Shown piece after piece: positions 63,656 to 64,000 of a DNA stretch of 64,000 nt (position 1 is its first letter; each line of letters opens with the position of its first letter). The stretch is taken from the IMG/VR virus record IMGVR_UViG_3300021171_000005, positions 1 through 64,000 of that record, one strand, 5' to 3'. Made by a program: the position numbers and the translations under genes. Below the pieces are notes generated by a model, which had not been told where the DNA came from, made no database searches, and saw nothing but the letters and a program-made list of their open reading frames with translations. The DNA is from a virus.

Positions 63656-64000
63656 TTACGTTTCCTTCCTTCGTAACGCGGATTGGGCGGGCGGTTCTTT
63701 TAAATATTCTAGTACATTTGTTAGCCAGTCAATCTTATCGATTCTGCCCAATTTTCTATTACAACCAGCCCACCGTCCTCCGCATAAAAGCCCACGAACA
63801 GTATCTTTTTTAGGCTTCTTAGTTCCGTGCTCGTGGTCTACTTCTATCCGACATCCGTTACCATATCCGGGTTTGCCCGGTCTATAATCACCTAGAGGTT
63901 TTTTGCACGCCGCACACAAACCCTTTTGAAAATCATATATTACGAAGAATTCTTCTAATGTTATTCCGTAGTGACTTCTTAAATGTTTATCTCTTAAACA
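63656..64000 (-). CDS. endonuclease VII-like protein, partial (5' end outside the window)
   Basis: YGITLEE...Q.GLCAAC...VDHEH...VRGLLC...CN. Confidence 0.85.
   Translation of the reverse strand, partial: CLRDKHLRSHYGITLEEFFVIYDFQKGLCAACKKPLGDYRPGKPGYGNGCRIEVDHEHGTKKPKKDTVRGLLCGGRWAGCNRKLGRIDKIDWLTNVLEYLKEPPAQSALRRKET

Noticed and set aside
1-64000. Stop-codon reassignment
   Set aside because: Long genes are intact in the standard code and TAA, TAG and TGA all end genes

Overview
The window is most of a lytic-looking tailed dsDNA phage genome with podovirus-like architecture. No integrase, tRNA, rRNA or CRISPR array was seen. Layout: (1) 1-5.3 kb, early region of small genes driven by divergent sigma70-type promoters; (2) 5.6-59.4 kb, a long + strand late region with a five-gene glycosylation cluster, large terminase, portal, scaffold, N4-gp56-like major capsid, adaptor/nozzle proteins, three ejection-type proteins and many Ser/Thr/Gly-rich fibre or decoration proteins; (3) 59.4-64 kb, - strand nucleotide-metabolism and recombination genes (MazG-like, dATP/dGTP diphosphohydrolase-like, NDT-like, RecA, DEDD exonuclease). 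About eight free-standing HNH/EndoVII/GIY-YIG endonuclease genes are interspersed. The most striking features not explained by the gene list are: (a) a 16-bp palindrome TGTCC-RSWWSY-GGACA found at least 23 times by hand, in promoters, intergenic gaps and CDSs in several frames; (b) an asymmetric motif CGCCCCGCAA (core CCCCGCA) found about 55 times, inside promoter spacers and often beside the palindrome; (c) two covarying copies of an unrecognised structured RNA flanking the capsid gene, plus other highly structured leaders using GGAUU/AAUCC complementarity; (d) a probable virion-glycosylation and protein-modification toolkit. All counts are by eye, and product calls come from recognised motifs, not database searches.
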